The notes under the pieces: model-generated
What the model was told of the DNA's origin: nothing
The model's input: the letters and a program-made list of their open reading frames with translations, nothing else
Databases searched by the model: none
Source of the DNA: Spirochaetaceae bacterium
Lineage (GTDB): Bacteria; Spirochaetota; Spirochaetia; WTKD01
Direction of reading: 5' to 3'
Length of the DNA: 64,000 bases
NCBI GenBank assembly: GCA_011524535.1
Contig: WTKD01000010.1
Coordinates: forward strand, 1,233-65,232
Made by a program: the position numbers and the translations under genes
Shown here: one piece after another, positions 52,201 to 60,504 of the stretch
How the letters are laid out: the number at the start of each line of letters is the position of its first letter
How positions within the stretch are numbered: the first letter of the stretch is position 1

Positions 52201-52464
52201 AAAGATTATTTTGCCAATGAAGGCCTGGAAGTGAAAGAACAGGCTATTGCCTATACGGCAGCGAATTCTCAGAAAGCATTTGAACAGGAAAAAATGGTAG
52301 ACTTTTGGGATAATGAAAATGCTATCAACAAGGTTAAAGGAAAAATTGATGATTATCTTTACGACGAATTAAAAGACAAACAAGGTATAGAATTGACGAC
52401 AAAACAAATGGATGAAATCATTGACAAAACGATGCAGATAGCCAAAAGTAGGAGGCATGCATAA
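49273..52464 (+). CDS. hsdR: Type I restriction endonuclease/translocase subunit
   Basis: 1063 aa. N-terminal PD-(D/E)XK region (PDIVLFVNGIPLAVIECK), SF2 helicase motifs TQGSGKS and VDESHR, and the typical C-terminal helical domain. Confidence 0.92.
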   Translation: MTTFHHTEKHLSKIPALQLLASCGYQILTPQKALEERKNKYSNVLLENILRQQLQKFNRIHYKGKDYHFSEANIQKAIQKIKKVKYNGLQKTNEIIYDLITLGTALEQTVEGTSKSFNLNYIDWKAPFNNVFHVVPEFAVGRNRSVKKIRPDIVLFVNGIPLAVIECKSPTVEVEQAVSQNIRNQGDEYIPKLFTYVQLVMGVNKNAAQYATTGTPAKFWGVWKELEDKEDKITKIINTLLGDDKKNAPFSGEFAPARGLFDALENEGERMLTEQDKALYSLCRPERLLELTYRFTLFDAGIKKIARYQQFFVVRSTVDRIKHRDSEGIRTGGVIWHTQGSGKSITMAMLTRALTLDIEVANPRIILVTDRDDLDKQLNNTFAACGLSKKRATSGRNLVKHLKEKIGIITTLIHKFDKGWAFEKYVDESQDIFVLVDESHRTNFGSLAARMRQMLPNSCYLGFTGTPLLKKEKNSFLKFGGMIEPHYSIKQAVKDKAVLPLLYEGRHVEMEQNRAAIDLWFDRHTSDLNKDQQADLKKKYARAERLNRSDQVIYMRAFDVSEHYRANWQGTGFKAQLVAPSKAAAIKYHEHLKDIGFVTSEVIISPPDIREGYEKVDEGPTDEVGKFWDNMMKRFGSEEEYTKQVINQFKYDKKPEILIVVDKLLTGFDAPKNTVLYLCRTLREHALLQAIARVNRLHEGKDFGYIVDYASVLGELDKALTMYDAFEGFDEEDLLDTLASVHSEVQRLPQRYSDLWDIFRKVKNKHNEEAFEVLLADDELRDDFYERLAEYSKTLGIALSTDKFIRKTDEAKLQTYKGDLKRFQNLKKSVKLRYAEAIDYRDYEPKIKKMLNTHIQANEVIQLNPPVDIFDDQSFDTVKKGQGIHLGTSTAARADTIAHATKKGIFKKMNEDPAFYKKFSKLIQQAIDDFKARRISDLDYLNKVSDIRDSVVLKKHDNVPESIRNNDEACAYYGMMKDYFANEGLEVKEQAIAYTAANSQKAFEQEKMVDFWDNENAINKVKGKIDDYLYDELKDKQGIELTTKQMDEIIDKTMQIAKSRRHA

Positions 52465-53225
52465 TGAAAAGTATTGCCTGCACCATCAGCTACGGAAAAA
52501 CAGACATTGACTACGAACTGTTGCTGATGAAACGCACATCGTTAGAAATTGCGGTCCATCCTGACAAAAGTGTCGTGGTCAAAGCGCCGAAGACTTCAAC
52601 GCTTGAAGCTATTGAAGGCAAAATCAAGAAAAGAGCCCGATGGATTAAGCGGCAAATTGCTTATTTTAACCAGTTCTATCCAAGGACCCCGGACAAGAAA
52701 TATTTAGGCGGTGAAAGTCACCTTTATCTAGGTCGACAATACTTTCTTAAAATAGAGGTGTCTGACAAAGATACGTTGATTGTGGGGAATGGGCATTACT
52801 GTACCGAGTCGATACCCGAGAAACCGGAACATATAAGAAATGGATATTTTTTTATCGAGTCGACATCCAGCAAACCGGAACATATAAAGAAGATTTTAGA
52901 TTCTTGGTATAGAAGACAAGCGAAAATGTATCTACCCAAAATTTTTAATGATTGCTGGGATGGTTTCAAAAAAGGAGCCCTGAATAAACCAAATCTGAAA
53001 TTACAAAAAATGGATAAGCGCTGGGGCAGTTTGTCAATTAATGGCAGACTGACACTTAATGTCAATCTTATTAAAACGCCCAAGGAGTGTATTGAATATG
53101 TTGTTATTCACGAACTTTGCCACCTCATCCACCATAATCATAGTACCGAGTTTTATAAACTACTCGACCGCACATTGCCTGATTGGATGAAGCGTAAACA
53201 CAAGCTCGAAATGACTTTAATCTAG
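52464..53225 (+). CDS. YgjP/DUF45-type (M48-like) zinc metallopeptidase
   Basis: WGS......L..N..L...P...I.YV..HEL.HL...NHS..F motif with HELCH zinc site. The start overlaps the hsdR stop (TAATG). Confidence 0.8.
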   Translation: MKSIACTISYGKTDIDYELLLMKRTSLEIAVHPDKSVVVKAPKTSTLEAIEGKIKKRARWIKRQIAYFNQFYPRTPDKKYLGGESHLYLGRQYFLKIEVSDKDTLIVGNGHYCTESIPEKPEHIRNGYFFIESTSSKPEHIKKILDSWYRRQAKMYLPKIFNDCWDGFKKGALNKPNLKLQKMDKRWGSLSINGRLTLNVNLIKTPKECIEYVVIHELCHLIHHNHSTEFYKLLDRTLPDWMKRKHKLEMTLI

Positions 53226-53400
53226 ACATCATATAACTCGGTCTCGACTACCCGTTGCCGAACCGACCTTTCGAGCTTACGACCACCAGCCCAAACCCAG
53301 CGTATGAATTGCTCCGAAACTTCAGCATTTTCCTCGCGGCTGATTTTGTTGAGCGTTGCTGATAATGTGTTCCGGTACGAAAATCAGAGGAGTCAAGGCA

Positions 53401-53490
53401 TGGAGCTCACCTTGGCGAATGCTGTCGTTGAAGTTTTACGGCAAAAATCGGAGTAAAAACTTACTGCTCAGGAAATCACCAATTGAACAT
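53401..53490 (+). pseudogene. Truncated gene start resembling a HARE-HTH / Mrr-type N-terminal wHTH
   Basis: An AGGAG RBS is followed by MELTLANAVVEVLRQKSE, a stop, then KLTAQEIT and another stop. The reading frame collapses after 18 codons. Confidence 0.35.
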
Positions 53491-53517
53491 TGAGACTCCG
53501 CTAGATAGTTTTTCAAC

Positions 53518-54290
53518 GTGAGATACCTCCACCGCCTTTCCCAAACCAAATACGATCCTCTTTAGGCAATTGCAAAAAGACAGATTCAATACTTTTCCAA
53601 CACCGATCTTTTGACAGCTCATAGACTATTTCATAAGGAGTTGTAATTGAATACCTTTTGATTCGGGCGAAAATCTCATACTGTATGATCTATGGATCCT
53701 CAGAAGCCACTTGAATCAAGGTCTAGGTTTTTGTAACCTGTCTTTTACTTTTCTGTTTTTGGAAATTACTTGAGTATTTTTTTAAAAGTCGATATATCAT
53801 GTGCATAAACTAAAGTATGGTCGTGTCCGGCTCCAAGTGTTGCACGCATACCAGATGACGTCCCCTTTTACCAAATGACGTTTGCAACAAAGTTTTTGTG
53901 ACCAAACGCCGCATCACACAATACCCTTAAGTAATGCGCCTCATTATCATCTACAGAAATCCACAGAGCTCCTTTGTTTGACGACCAACCTTCTGAGCAA
54001 TGGAAGGCGTTCTCACATTAAACCGAGCCAAATTGAATGTTCTAATCCGCCATCGTAATGTTCAAACGCAGCTCCCGTATTATATGATGAATCTATATAG
54101 ATACTGCTTGACCTTGCCTGTATATTCTTGCTCTAGGGCTTTTAGGGCTAGGTGGTCATCCAAAAAATTAGCTTGTTTTCTGTCTCTTCATCAACAGTGT
54201 AGGATAAGCCACTTATCTTCCAGCAGGGTGCACGTTTCTAACTTTTTGCGATCCTTTTTCTCCATCCATGCCAGCTCAATTTTTTTCTAT
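53518..54290 (-). pseudogene. Decayed type III Mod-like / N6-N4 DNA methyltransferase
   Basis: Minus-strand translation gives ALWISVDDNEAHYLRVLCDAAFGHKNFVANVIW, a stop, KGTSSG...HDHTLVYAHD, and after a frame change LPKEDRIWFGKGGGGISR. These are typical Mod segments interrupted by several stops and frameshifts. Confidence 0.6.
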
Positions 54291-54475
54291 CCATTGTCGT
54301 CTTTTAGTCCTATGGTTATCTTGCGGTCATTTTTGAGGAAGTCCGTAATAACATATCGCACGACCCATGCAACAGATAAATCATGCTCTTTTGCCATCTT
54401 CAAAACTTGCTCATACACATCCTGGGATACAATAACAAAAAAGCACGCGGTTTTATCGTCAGTGTTTTTTAGCAT
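54287..54475 (-). CDS. Ribbon-helix-helix (CopG-like) small DNA-binding protein
   Basis: 62 aa. The pattern FFVIVSQDVYEQVLKMAKEHDLSVAWVVRYVITDFL reads as strand-helix-helix typical of RHH regulators or antitoxins. Confidence 0.45.
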   Translation of the reverse strand: MLKNTDDKTACFFVIVSQDVYEQVLKMAKEHDLSVAWVVRYVITDFLKNDRKITIGLKDDNG

Positions 54476-54564
54476 CTTTTATTTTCCTTACTTCTGTAAG
54501 CTAACAAAGATATTTTATACAATGGAAATGTGCTTTGCACTAAAAAAATGATAAAGATCAAGAT

Positions 54565-56439
54565 ATGAAGCTGCAAAAAATAAAAATACAAAATTATAAA
54601 TCCATCAGACAAATTGACTTTGAGGTAGTCAAATGTGGAGATAGCTATACAACCGTTCTACTTGGAAAAAATGAAACAGGAAAAAGTAATATTTTAAGAG
54701 CAATGGCACTTCTCACCTGTCCAAAAGACGAGGTGGATTTTTTAAAAATCCGAAATCAAGATGCTAAAACTAACATCGTTTCATCCTCGTTTGAAATGGA
54801 ATGCGATCAAGATAATGAAATTGCAGAGTATAAAAAATCTATATCTAAAAAATCTAAACTACCAGAAGATATCGTCTCTCGCATTAGAGTTAAAAAAGCT
54901 GTTAAAGAAGTCTGCATAGAAGAAAACGAAGTTCGATTTTCTGAAAAGTGGCATTTTGAATTAGATACAATACCACTAAATGCCTATGTTTACAAAGGAA
55001 ATGAAGAAGTCGCGCTTAAAATTGGAGTGGCTGATTTAAACTCATATCAAGAGCTTACAATTGAAATACTTAAAAGAATGATTGAGGTGCCTTTAGAAGA
55101 CTTCTTTTCGACACATGAACCAAAAGTATCTTTCTGGAGTGCATCTAAAAATCACTTAATTAATGGGAAAATTTCTTTAAAAAATTTTGCCCAAACGCCG
55201 AATACGTATCCTGCGTTAAGAAATATGTTTTATTTGTGTGGTTTCGATACAAATCAAACAATAGAAACACAAATAGAAAACGCTGACAAAAATGATAGCC
55301 TTAGAATTCGTCTTCAAAAAACTTTACAAAAGAAAACGACCGAGTATATAAATAAAATATGGCAAAAGCATCCAGTGAAAATTGCAGTAGAAATACTTTC
55401 TGATAATGAAATGAATGCAACTGTAACGGTTCAGGATGAGGGTAATGATTATGGAGTTTATGCAATGTCTGATCGAAGTCAGGGATTTCAACAGTTTATT
55501 TCTCTTATCTTAAGCTTATCGATTGCCAATCACACACAGAAAATCAAAAACCAGCTTATCCTTATTGACGAACCTGAAACCCATCTTCATCCTTCAGGCA
55601 TTCGTTGGATGATGAAGGAACTTTTGAAAATCGGAGCAAATAATTATCTCTTTATTGCGACTCATTCCAACTTTATAATTGATCAGAAACATCCAGAAAG
55701 ACATATTCTTTTGAAAAAAAATAGCGTTAATGGAACATACAAAAAACACATCGAAAACAATCAGAATATGTTCGATGATGAAATATTAAAAGATGCATTT
55801 GGAATTAATGTTATAAGGGATTTCCTGTCACCTCAGAAAATCCTTGTCGAAGGGGGCTCTGACAAAGTACTTATAAATAAAGCATTGAAATGTATAAGTG
55901 GAGAATCCAACATAACGATTTCCAATGGAAAAGGAGATAATCTAACCGCCGCCGCCAGCATGTTGGCTCTCAATGATATTTATCCATTAGTAATTACAGA
56001 CGATGACAAAAAGGGCAAAAAAATCAAGGACGATATTATCAAAATTGATGGGAAGTTTTCTACAGAAAATGTATTCACAATTCGAGATCTGAATGGCGAT
56101 CTTAACGAAGGTAGTACAATAGAGGATACCCTTCCTAAGGAGTATGTCCTATCAAAAATAAATCAATGTCTGAAACATAATTCTGTTATTGAAATTAATG
56201 CTAAAATTTTAGACGACAGTAAACCCTTTATGGGTCAGGTTAAAGCGTTCCTAAATAAACATATTTCAGAGGGTGATGGCAAAAAACAAAAGAAAGAAAA
56301 AGTATCTTCTGTTTTAGAGAATATAAAGATAAGAGTATCTGAAGATTATAATGCTAACGCTATTGCAGAGAAAGCTCCACTTTTAAAGACTCTCGCTGAA
56401 AAAATTCTAGAACATGTAAGACGTCTTGAAAATTTTTAA
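54565..56439 (+). CDS. OLD-family nuclease (ABC-type ATPase fused to TOPRIM), stand-alone
   Basis: N-terminus IKIQNYKSIR...LLGKNETGKSNILRA (Walker A), LILIDEPETHLHPS (Walker B/D-loop), and C-terminal TOPRIM ILVEGGSDK...ITDDD. Confidence 0.8.
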   Translation: MKLQKIKIQNYKSIRQIDFEVVKCGDSYTTVLLGKNETGKSNILRAMALLTCPKDEVDFLKIRNQDAKTNIVSSSFEMECDQDNEIAEYKKSISKKSKLPEDIVSRIRVKKAVKEVCIEENEVRFSEKWHFELDTIPLNAYVYKGNEEVALKIGVADLNSYQELTIEILKRMIEVPLEDFFSTHEPKVSFWSASKNHLINGKISLKNFAQTPNTYPALRNMFYLCGFDTNQTIETQIENADKNDSLRIRLQKTLQKKTTEYINKIWQKHPVKIAVEILSDNEMNATVTVQDEGNDYGVYAMSDRSQGFQQFISLILSLSIANHTQKIKNQLILIDEPETHLHPSGIRWMMKELLKIGANNYLFIATHSNFIIDQKHPERHILLKKNSVNGTYKKHIENNQNMFDDEILKDAFGINVIRDFLSPQKILVEGGSDKVLINKALKCISGESNITISNGKGDNLTAAASMLALNDIYPLVITDDDKKGKKIKDDIIKIDGKFSTENVFTIRDLNGDLNEGSTIEDTLPKEYVLSKINQCLKHNSVIEINAKILDDSKPFMGQVKAFLNKHISEGDGKKQKKEKVSSVLENIKIRVSEDYNANAIAEKAPLLKTLAEKILEHVRRLENF

Positions 56440-56799
56440 TCTTCGTTTCTTAACCCACCAGCCTCGCCATTTGAATATGCAGAGTGGTGTTAATGTTACT
56501 TTGCATTTCAACAACTAGAGCGACGGATGTCGATATTTCCAAAGTATCATCCCGCTTTTGTAAAAGATTTGTTTTGTAAAGCTCCAGCAGCCCTTCGACG
56601 AACCTTTCGGCTTCATTGCGGTGAAAGCACCAAGCACTGGGTCTTTTTGCATCGGATCACTTTGGGTGCAGCGGGTTAAAGTATAAACGCTATAATCTAT
56701 CTTCTATTGATGTATGCACCACTTGCAGTAGGCATACACGCTTCCTTCACGCCTTTTATCAAGTCAAAGGCGAATAAAGTATGTTTCACACCTGAACGC

Positions 56800-57577
56800 A
56801 ATAAATCTTAGGATTCCCCCAGAGGGCGAACAAATAAGAAAACAAAAATAGAGACCACTTACTCGTATCTACTTTATTACATTCAAGGATATTCTTGAAT
56901 GTGATAGTATCGGAATTCTCAACTCGGATTTTGAAAATATAAACAGTAAGCTAAAATCTCTGAAGAGCACCATGACGGGATCGTCAGTCGCACACTTTTT
57001 GAACGGGCACAGACTGTCTTACGCAACAACAAAAAGACCACACGAAAAGAGATGTAAAAGTCCAAATCTCATTTTTATGTGGCTGGTCAAATGCTCCCGC
57101 TGCGAACGACCCATGTCACTCGCTTATACCAAAAAAAGGATTATATCTACCGCTATTATTTCTGCCAAAAGGCATTTAAGAGCGGCTATAAAAGCCGTCT
57201 CCTGGAAAACATACTAGCATGGGATATCGAGGATTTGACTACCGTAAGACTCAAATTTTTTTCGAAACGAGAGCTTGATTGCAACCGTCATTCAAAAGGT
57301 AAAAGCCCTTGATAAAAACAACCTCGACATGGATGAAAATAATGTCATCCAAAACATCAATCAATTTGATCAACTTGGAAATGAGCTCCCCCAAGGGGCA
57401 AGAAGAAATCCCGCAGATGCTGACCAAAGATATCGCGATTTCAACGAAGAACGTCTGCACCCACTTAATATACAGAGCTTTGAAAAGATTGCCAAAGAGC
57501 TGGTCGCAGCCAACAAAAGACGGCAAACCTTACCCAATCTATGGCAGGAAGAGTTGGAGTTGTTTGGATCTATATAA
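56800..57577 (+). pseudogene. Decayed large serine recombinase (recombinase and zinc-ribbon domains only)
   Basis: Segments HHDGIVSRTLFERAQTVL, LVKCSRCERPMS and KKDYIYRYYFCQKAF.SGY.S.LLENI..DIEDL plus a coiled-coil tail lie in three different frames. The shifts fall at the A7 run (about 57131-57137) and the T-run (about 57255). No N-terminal catalytic resolvase domain is visible. Confidence 0.6.
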
Positions 57578-57617
57578 AACATTTGCAAATTGCCATTACG
57601 ATCCTAAGAGGAATACG

Positions 57618-59336
57618 TTAAAAGCGTATTCCTAGCAAGCTTCCTGTTTCATCTTCATCAGAAAGTTTTAGCTTAATATGTTCATCGAAATTGAAATCAT
57701 CATGGAAATCGTCGTATGGTACCCTATCTGAATTAATTGCCATGATATATTGGAAATTGTATTTTTGTGCTTTCTGAGCGGCCTGCTCAATAGCATGAGC
57801 AATTTGACGTTCATCTACACCTTCATAAATGATACTATCATGGACTAGAAAGTCGATATTTCTTCCCAATATTTTTTGCATACACATAACCGTAAGGTCG
57901 TAACAAAAAATCATCATCTTTCCGATTCCAGCACCACGGCCACCAGGAATATCTACCTTAAAGTCATATCCTTTTTCAGAAATATCGATTATAAACTCCC
58001 CAGGAATACCATACAAAGCTTTAGCTGACTCGTTAAACAATCTGATGACCTGTTCCCAGAATTCTCTTTTTTCCTCATAGTCAATGGTAGCATCTTTATC
58101 TAGTTCCAATGTCGATGACTTAATTTCTTTACGTTTTTTTGTTATGTTTCGAATATCTTCTATCTTATTCGAAAGATGTTCACGCTTTTTATATATCTTT
58201 GCATGCTCTTCTTGCAAACGAGAATGTTCCTCAAGTGCACCATGAGTTTTAAGTATTTTCATGCGAGAGGCTCGTTTGTCGGTCAATGTTCGAATAAGAC
58301 CTTCTCTTTGAGATATTCCATTCTCGATTCGGGATATTTCGGCATCTAGAAAGTAGGCACGGTTCTTAATAATTTTCTCATGAAAGACCGACGCTTCCTT
58401 CAAAGTACGCTTTACTGACTCTGGAAAAACCAACCCCGTTTCTTCATAAATAGCTCCTAGTTTACCGTTATCAGGTGGTGTCTCTTCAGATATAGAGCTT
58501 TTATACTGTTGAAGCTTTTGGGACTCAACAACATTCTGATTAGCTAGCTGGTGCAATTCGTTAGTTAATTTGTTGGCTTCAACTTGAATGTCTTTGTATT
58601 TTTCATGAACTTTAAAGTTCGATAAGATTTTTCGGCTCCTTGACAGCTTTTCTTCAAGTTCTACTTTTTTCGCCTCAAGTGCACCTTGTGTTTCATATAC
58701 CCCAGCCTTGATTGAAGCATCCAGGTTTCTAAGCGCTTTGTCTTTCTTATCTAACTTACACCACTCATTGGCATACTTGTGATCTAATCCAAAAAAGAAC
58801 GCATTATTGACATATGCACTGTTATTAGCCTGGCTAGAAAAAAACTTTAATGGCTTACTATATGCATCGTTTCCAGAACGCAAGAAATAAGATAGCAGAC
58901 TGCGAACTGAAAGATCGCTATCTTCTGGCAGATGAAAAAAAGCTTGACCAAGCAACTGTTTCCACTTATCCAACCTAAGAAAGTGTGTATTTGTTTCCTC
59001 ATCAAGATCAGGTTCAATAGACCAATTATTGGTATGACCTTTGATGAGAAACTTTGTTGGATTGTCAATTGCACGTGTTACTTGAACACGATTTTCTAGC
59101 AATGTAATATCGATGGTAAAATCCCAGCCAGATAGCTCGTCGATACACAGACCGCTTCGAGCCGCATCACTGCCTAGGCAAAAATTTATAATTACAATTA
59201 AGGTCGATTTGCCTCGACTATTCGTAGTTTTCTTCTGACCAGAAGTTTCTTGCCTTTCTGCAATAACAACATTCAGCCCCTTATCAAACTCAATGTTTTT
59301 AAAAGAAGACTTATTTGAAGAAATACCGTGAATCAT
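57618..59336 (-). CDS. DUF2326/YydD-like ABC (SMC-like) ATPase with a long coiled-coil insert; ATPase of an ABC-3C-type system
   Basis: N-terminal FKNIEF.KGLNVV.A......NS.GKST (Walker A), a 250-aa coiled-coil middle, and C-terminal FLVHDS (Walker B). The ATG overlaps the upstream stop (ATGA). Confidence 0.7.
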   Translation of the reverse strand: MIHGISSNKSSFKNIEFDKGLNVVIAERQETSGQKKTTNSRGKSTLIVIINFCLGSDAARSGLCIDELSGWDFTIDITLLENRVQVTRAIDNPTKFLIKGHTNNWSIEPDLDEETNTHFLRLDKWKQLLGQAFFHLPEDSDLSVRSLLSYFLRSGNDAYSKPLKFFSSQANNSAYVNNAFFFGLDHKYANEWCKLDKKDKALRNLDASIKAGVYETQGALEAKKVELEEKLSRSRKILSNFKVHEKYKDIQVEANKLTNELHQLANQNVVESQKLQQYKSSISEETPPDNGKLGAIYEETGLVFPESVKRTLKEASVFHEKIIKNRAYFLDAEISRIENGISQREGLIRTLTDKRASRMKILKTHGALEEHSRLQEEHAKIYKKREHLSNKIEDIRNITKKRKEIKSSTLELDKDATIDYEEKREFWEQVIRLFNESAKALYGIPGEFIIDISEKGYDFKVDIPGGRGAGIGKMMIFCYDLTVMCMQKILGRNIDFLVHDSIIYEGVDERQIAHAIEQAAQKAQKYNFQYIMAINSDRVPYDDFHDDFNFDEHIKLKLSDEDETGSLLGIRF

Positions 59337-59560
59337 TTTTCAACCCTCCTAATCAGGAGGTTATCCAATTCTACGACTCCAATGATATAAAGCATATCAA
59401 GCGTTAAAACGAAGCGCTCATAATTTTCAATCGAAGAAACCTCTCTAACAACTTCCCAAAGTGCAGACACAGATTTTGGGGTGCGTAATTCTTGTAGAAT
59501 TACCGCACCTGCTCCGATCAACGCTTGATTTGTTGGAATATGTTTGGTTGGTAAAATCAT
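59333..59560 (-). CDS. Small (75 aa) middle component of the ABC-3C-type system
   Basis: It is coupled by ATGA overlaps to both flanking genes. The size and position match the wHTH-like middle components of ABC-3C systems. Confidence 0.5.
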   Translation of the reverse strand: MILPTKHIPTNQALIGAGAVILQELRTPKSVSALWEVVREVSSIENYERFVLTLDMLYIIGVVELDNLLIRRVEK

Positions 59561-60324
59561 TGTTCAAACACTTCACATATTTCAAACAGGTGAACTACTA
59601 TCATCTCCCCGGCAGCTCTTAGGTTGAAGTCATGGGAGTTACCACTTGCAAAGTAAACCATGGATTTGAATAAATCGTCCGAGAGAATATTTTCATCTAC
59701 AAGACGATTATATTCTTTTCTAAATCCCGCTTTCAATCTATCAGGGAAATTTGCATCTCTTTTCGAGCGCGCTTCAATAAACTGTCCAACTACATGGCTT
59801 CTGCTTAATCCCCTAGCGAGAGAGGTATGTGTGCTCTCTGTGAGATTATTTTTTTTTATTTTTTGTCGTAGAGGAGTAAGTGCAAAATTTTCTTCCTCCG
59901 ATGTTAAATTGAGCTTGGGAATTGCCTTGTTGAGAATTGCCTTGATAGTCAGCTCTAGTTCTTCAAATCCAATGTTCATCCCTGCTACGGTAAGCGATTC
60001 GACTACCCATGATTCATGGTCTTTTTTCATCTTACGTAGAATTTCTGCAGTATATTTATCCTCTGCTCCATCGATGGTGTCATGGTGTGTGCCACACAAC
60101 AATATCCAGTTATCATAGGTATCGAGTTTATCTTGAGGATAAGAACTATCGGCTCGCGGACCATTCTTACTATGTGCAACTATATGAGCTATCTTACCAA
60201 TCTGCTTCTTCTCTCCTGACACATCTTCTACTTCTAGAATGATCTGGCAGCCTGGAAAACTACAGCGTAAAGCAGCATTTCCATATAAAATTTTTACGTC
60301 TGATTGTGGATATTTTCTCCCCAT
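59557..60324 (-). CDS. HNH endonuclease-domain protein with a helical C-terminal domain (ABC-3C effector component)
   Basis: HNH motif AHIVAHSKNGP........DNWILLCGTHHDTID preceded by a Cys pair (CSFPGC). The ATG is at 60324, and the track start at 60330 is TTG. Confidence 0.7.
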   Translation of the reverse strand: MGRKYPQSDVKILYGNAALRCSFPGCQIILEVEDVSGEKKQIGKIAHIVAHSKNGPRADSSYPQDKLDTYDNWILLCGTHHDTIDGAEDKYTAEILRKMKKDHESWVVESLTVAGMNIGFEELELTIKAILNKAIPKLNLTSEEENFALTPLRQKIKKNNLTESTHTSLARGLSRSHVVGQFIEARSKRDANFPDRLKAGFRKEYNRLVDENILSDDLFKSMVYFASGNSHDFNLRAAGEMIVVHLFEICEVFEQ

Positions 60325-60504
60325 ACTCAAGTCCGTACTCCACAGTTATTTTCACCATACACTATCATTTTCAATGATTCAATTTCTTTAGAGGGTTTTG
60401 TTATATTTATGATGCTTTAAAATGCACAGGATCATTAAAACCCGAGGGAAAACTCTTCTGGTTCTTAAAATTCTTGATCCGAAAATTAATCGTTAAGTAT
60501 CTAG

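Noticed and set aside
54000-54551. 183-aa plus-strand ORF
   Set aside because: It is antisense to the Mod-like pseudogene segments and to the RHH ORF. It has a low-complexity Ser/Phe/Leu-rich composition, no RBS and no motif.
54565-56439. Gabija (GajA/GajB) assignment for the ATPase-TOPRIM gene
   Set aside because: No UvrD-like GajB gene follows it. The downstream sequence is a decayed recombinase, so I call it only a stand-alone OLD-family nuclease.
57131-57137. A7 run in the serine recombinase remnant as a possible phase-variation switch
   Set aside because: Restoring this one frameshift would not restore the gene. There are additional frameshifts and stops, and the catalytic domain is missing, so this is decay rather than a switch.
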